64,000 nucleotides of DNA from Stylophora pistillata (lineage: Eukaryota): the NCBI RefSeq assembly GCF_002571385.2, contig NW_019218325.1, positions 16,642-80,641 of the forward strand, in the 5' to 3' direction. Below the pieces are notes generated by a model. The model was not told the DNA's origin. It saw nothing but the letters and a program-made list of their open reading frames with translations, and ran no database searches. Position numbers and translations under genes: made by a program. Of the stretch, positions 62,600 to 64,000 are shown piece by piece. Within the stretch, counting starts at the first letter, position 1; every line of letters starts with the position of its first letter.

Positions 62600-63487
62600 A
62601 TGACACTTGGAATCCTGCGAACAGGAAAGCCTTTCCTATTCTGCCGTACAATCTGTCAAATTGCCTCTGTGAATCACATGGCAACAATTACCCGTTTTTC
62701 CCACTTTGAGGACAAGTGTAAGAAGATCGGTGCTGTTGTCACCAGAACAGGATCAGAATCAAGTAGAAGTCCAGTTGTTGCCATTCTTGGCTGGAACAGT
62801 GCCCAAGACAAGCATCTGGCAAAATACAGTGAAATATTTGAACAAAAAGGCTTTGACACCATCAGGATTCCAGCAAACCCATACAACACTTTCCTGCGAT
62901 TAAACAGAGTTAAAGAGATCAGTCTAGAACTTTTGGAAATACTAGAGGAAATGAATGCAAATCAAAACAGAGCATTTATACTCTATGCCTTCAGTATGGG
63001 AGGCTTTAATGTTAATCACTTCATAAGACAAGCAATATCTATCCCAGGGCAGAGGCACTTTAAATCTATTAATATCATTGGTTGCATATTTGATAGCTGC
63101 CCCCATTTTCCTGGCTGGCAAAGTCTGAAAGGTATACAGTCAACAATTTTAGATACCATACCAAACCCTCTGATTAAGGCTGTTGTTTGGGTGGGCTTAG
63201 GATTGGTATGTCCACCAGTTTATTTGTTCTCTTCAGAATTAAAACTGCTTATACCAGACTCCATGTCCAACCCCTTTGGTAGTCCTGAGTTGTTCCTTTT
63301 CTGCAGCACTGATCCTTTAGTTCCTGACAAAGATGTTTGGGTTTTCATTGAGACACACAAGAAGAAAGGTGTTGAGGTTTTTACAAAGTGCTGGGAAGTA
63401 TCAGGTCATGTGCAACATTACAGGAATTATCCCGCAGAATACTTGAACCAGGTTAATAACTTTACAGACTATTGTATGAAACAGTAA
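62600..63487 (+). CDS. TMEM53: Transmembrane protein 53-like (DUF829 alpha/beta-hydrolase fold); single coding exon, probable 5' exon ending at 61864
   Basis: PVVAILGW..AQDKHLAKYSEIF, YAFSMGG, GCIFDSCP, PELFLFCSTDPLV, WEVSGHVQHYR.YPAEY...V.NF. Confidence 0.9.
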   Translation: MTLGILRTGKPFLFCRTICQIASVNHMATITRFSHFEDKCKKIGAVVTRTGSESSRSPVVAILGWNSAQDKHLAKYSEIFEQKGFDTIRIPANPYNTFLRLNRVKEISLELLEILEEMNANQNRAFILYAFSMGGFNVNHFIRQAISIPGQRHFKSINIIGCIFDSCPHFPGWQSLKGIQSTILDTIPNPLIKAVVWVGLGLVCPPVYLFSSELKLLIPDSMSNPFGSPELFLFCSTDPLVPDKDVWVFIETHKKKGVEVFTKCWEVSGHVQHYRNYPAEYLNQVNNFTDYCMKQ

Positions 63488-64000
63488 TTCACTTCAGGAA
63501 CTTCTAAGTTATGATAAACCTCACAATAGGCTTTTGGGTCTGTTCACTCCAAATTTGATATTAATTAAACTATGTATTCACATCACCTGCAAGTTGAAAG
63601 TCAGTTATTGTAATAAAGTTCATGACATATCTTTGAAACTTAACTTGGCAGTGCACTGAACAGTTTTAAAAGAGATGCTGACCTTAGCAATTTTAAGTAA
63701 CTTGCAACATTTTAAGGTGGAACTATCTTGGTTGCCATGGCAAGTAGAAAAAAAAAAATCCTTGACGACTCATTTTGCTAAATAAGTGGCTGATTCAGTG
63801 ATCTGTATTCAGCTCCCATGAAGAGAGAAGTAACATTTTTACTTAGTTTAAGTTAAATGCAGGCAAACATTTTACAAACATTTTGCATTTTTTGTGGCAA
63901 GCTGATGTTTTATTTTTGTTAGAATTTACAAAACAGTTTTTCTTTTCAGTTTAACCCCTTGTTATCAAAATCACCCCACACTACCACACAGGAGATGCTT

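Overview
AT-rich, intron-rich animal genomic DNA, most likely a cnidarian such as a stony coral. That call is inferred from the repeat families and gene structures and cannot be proven here. Eight spliced protein-coding genes can be reconstructed from splice signals and recognisable protein sequence: a divergent TRPC-like channel (+), WDR11 (-), FANK1 (+), mitoferrin/SLC25A28-37 (+), SUFU (-), a BOD1/BOD1L-family gene (+, interrupted by an in-frame stop and assembly gaps), RAB28 (-) and TMEM53 (+). Orientations alternate strictly, giving three head-to-head pairs. Introns and intergenic DNA hold tRNA-derived repeats and SINEs, LINE fragments, many MITEs, a Harbinger-like element with a MADF remnant, and Penelope-derived inverted repeats carrying hammerhead ribozyme motifs. 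The main observations are: (1) the gene set matches the neighbours of the vertebrate NK-homeobox paralogon (chr 4/5/8/10), with no NK gene visible; (2) two clear U12 minor-spliceosome introns; (3) a TRPC lacking the His/Cys zinc site and with an altered TRP box; (4) a spliced uORF whose stop overlaps the TMEM53 start; (5) a highly structured 251-bp tandem repeat built around a tRNA-Thr. No prokaryote-style novel system was found. Exon boundaries were read by eye and may be off by a few bases.
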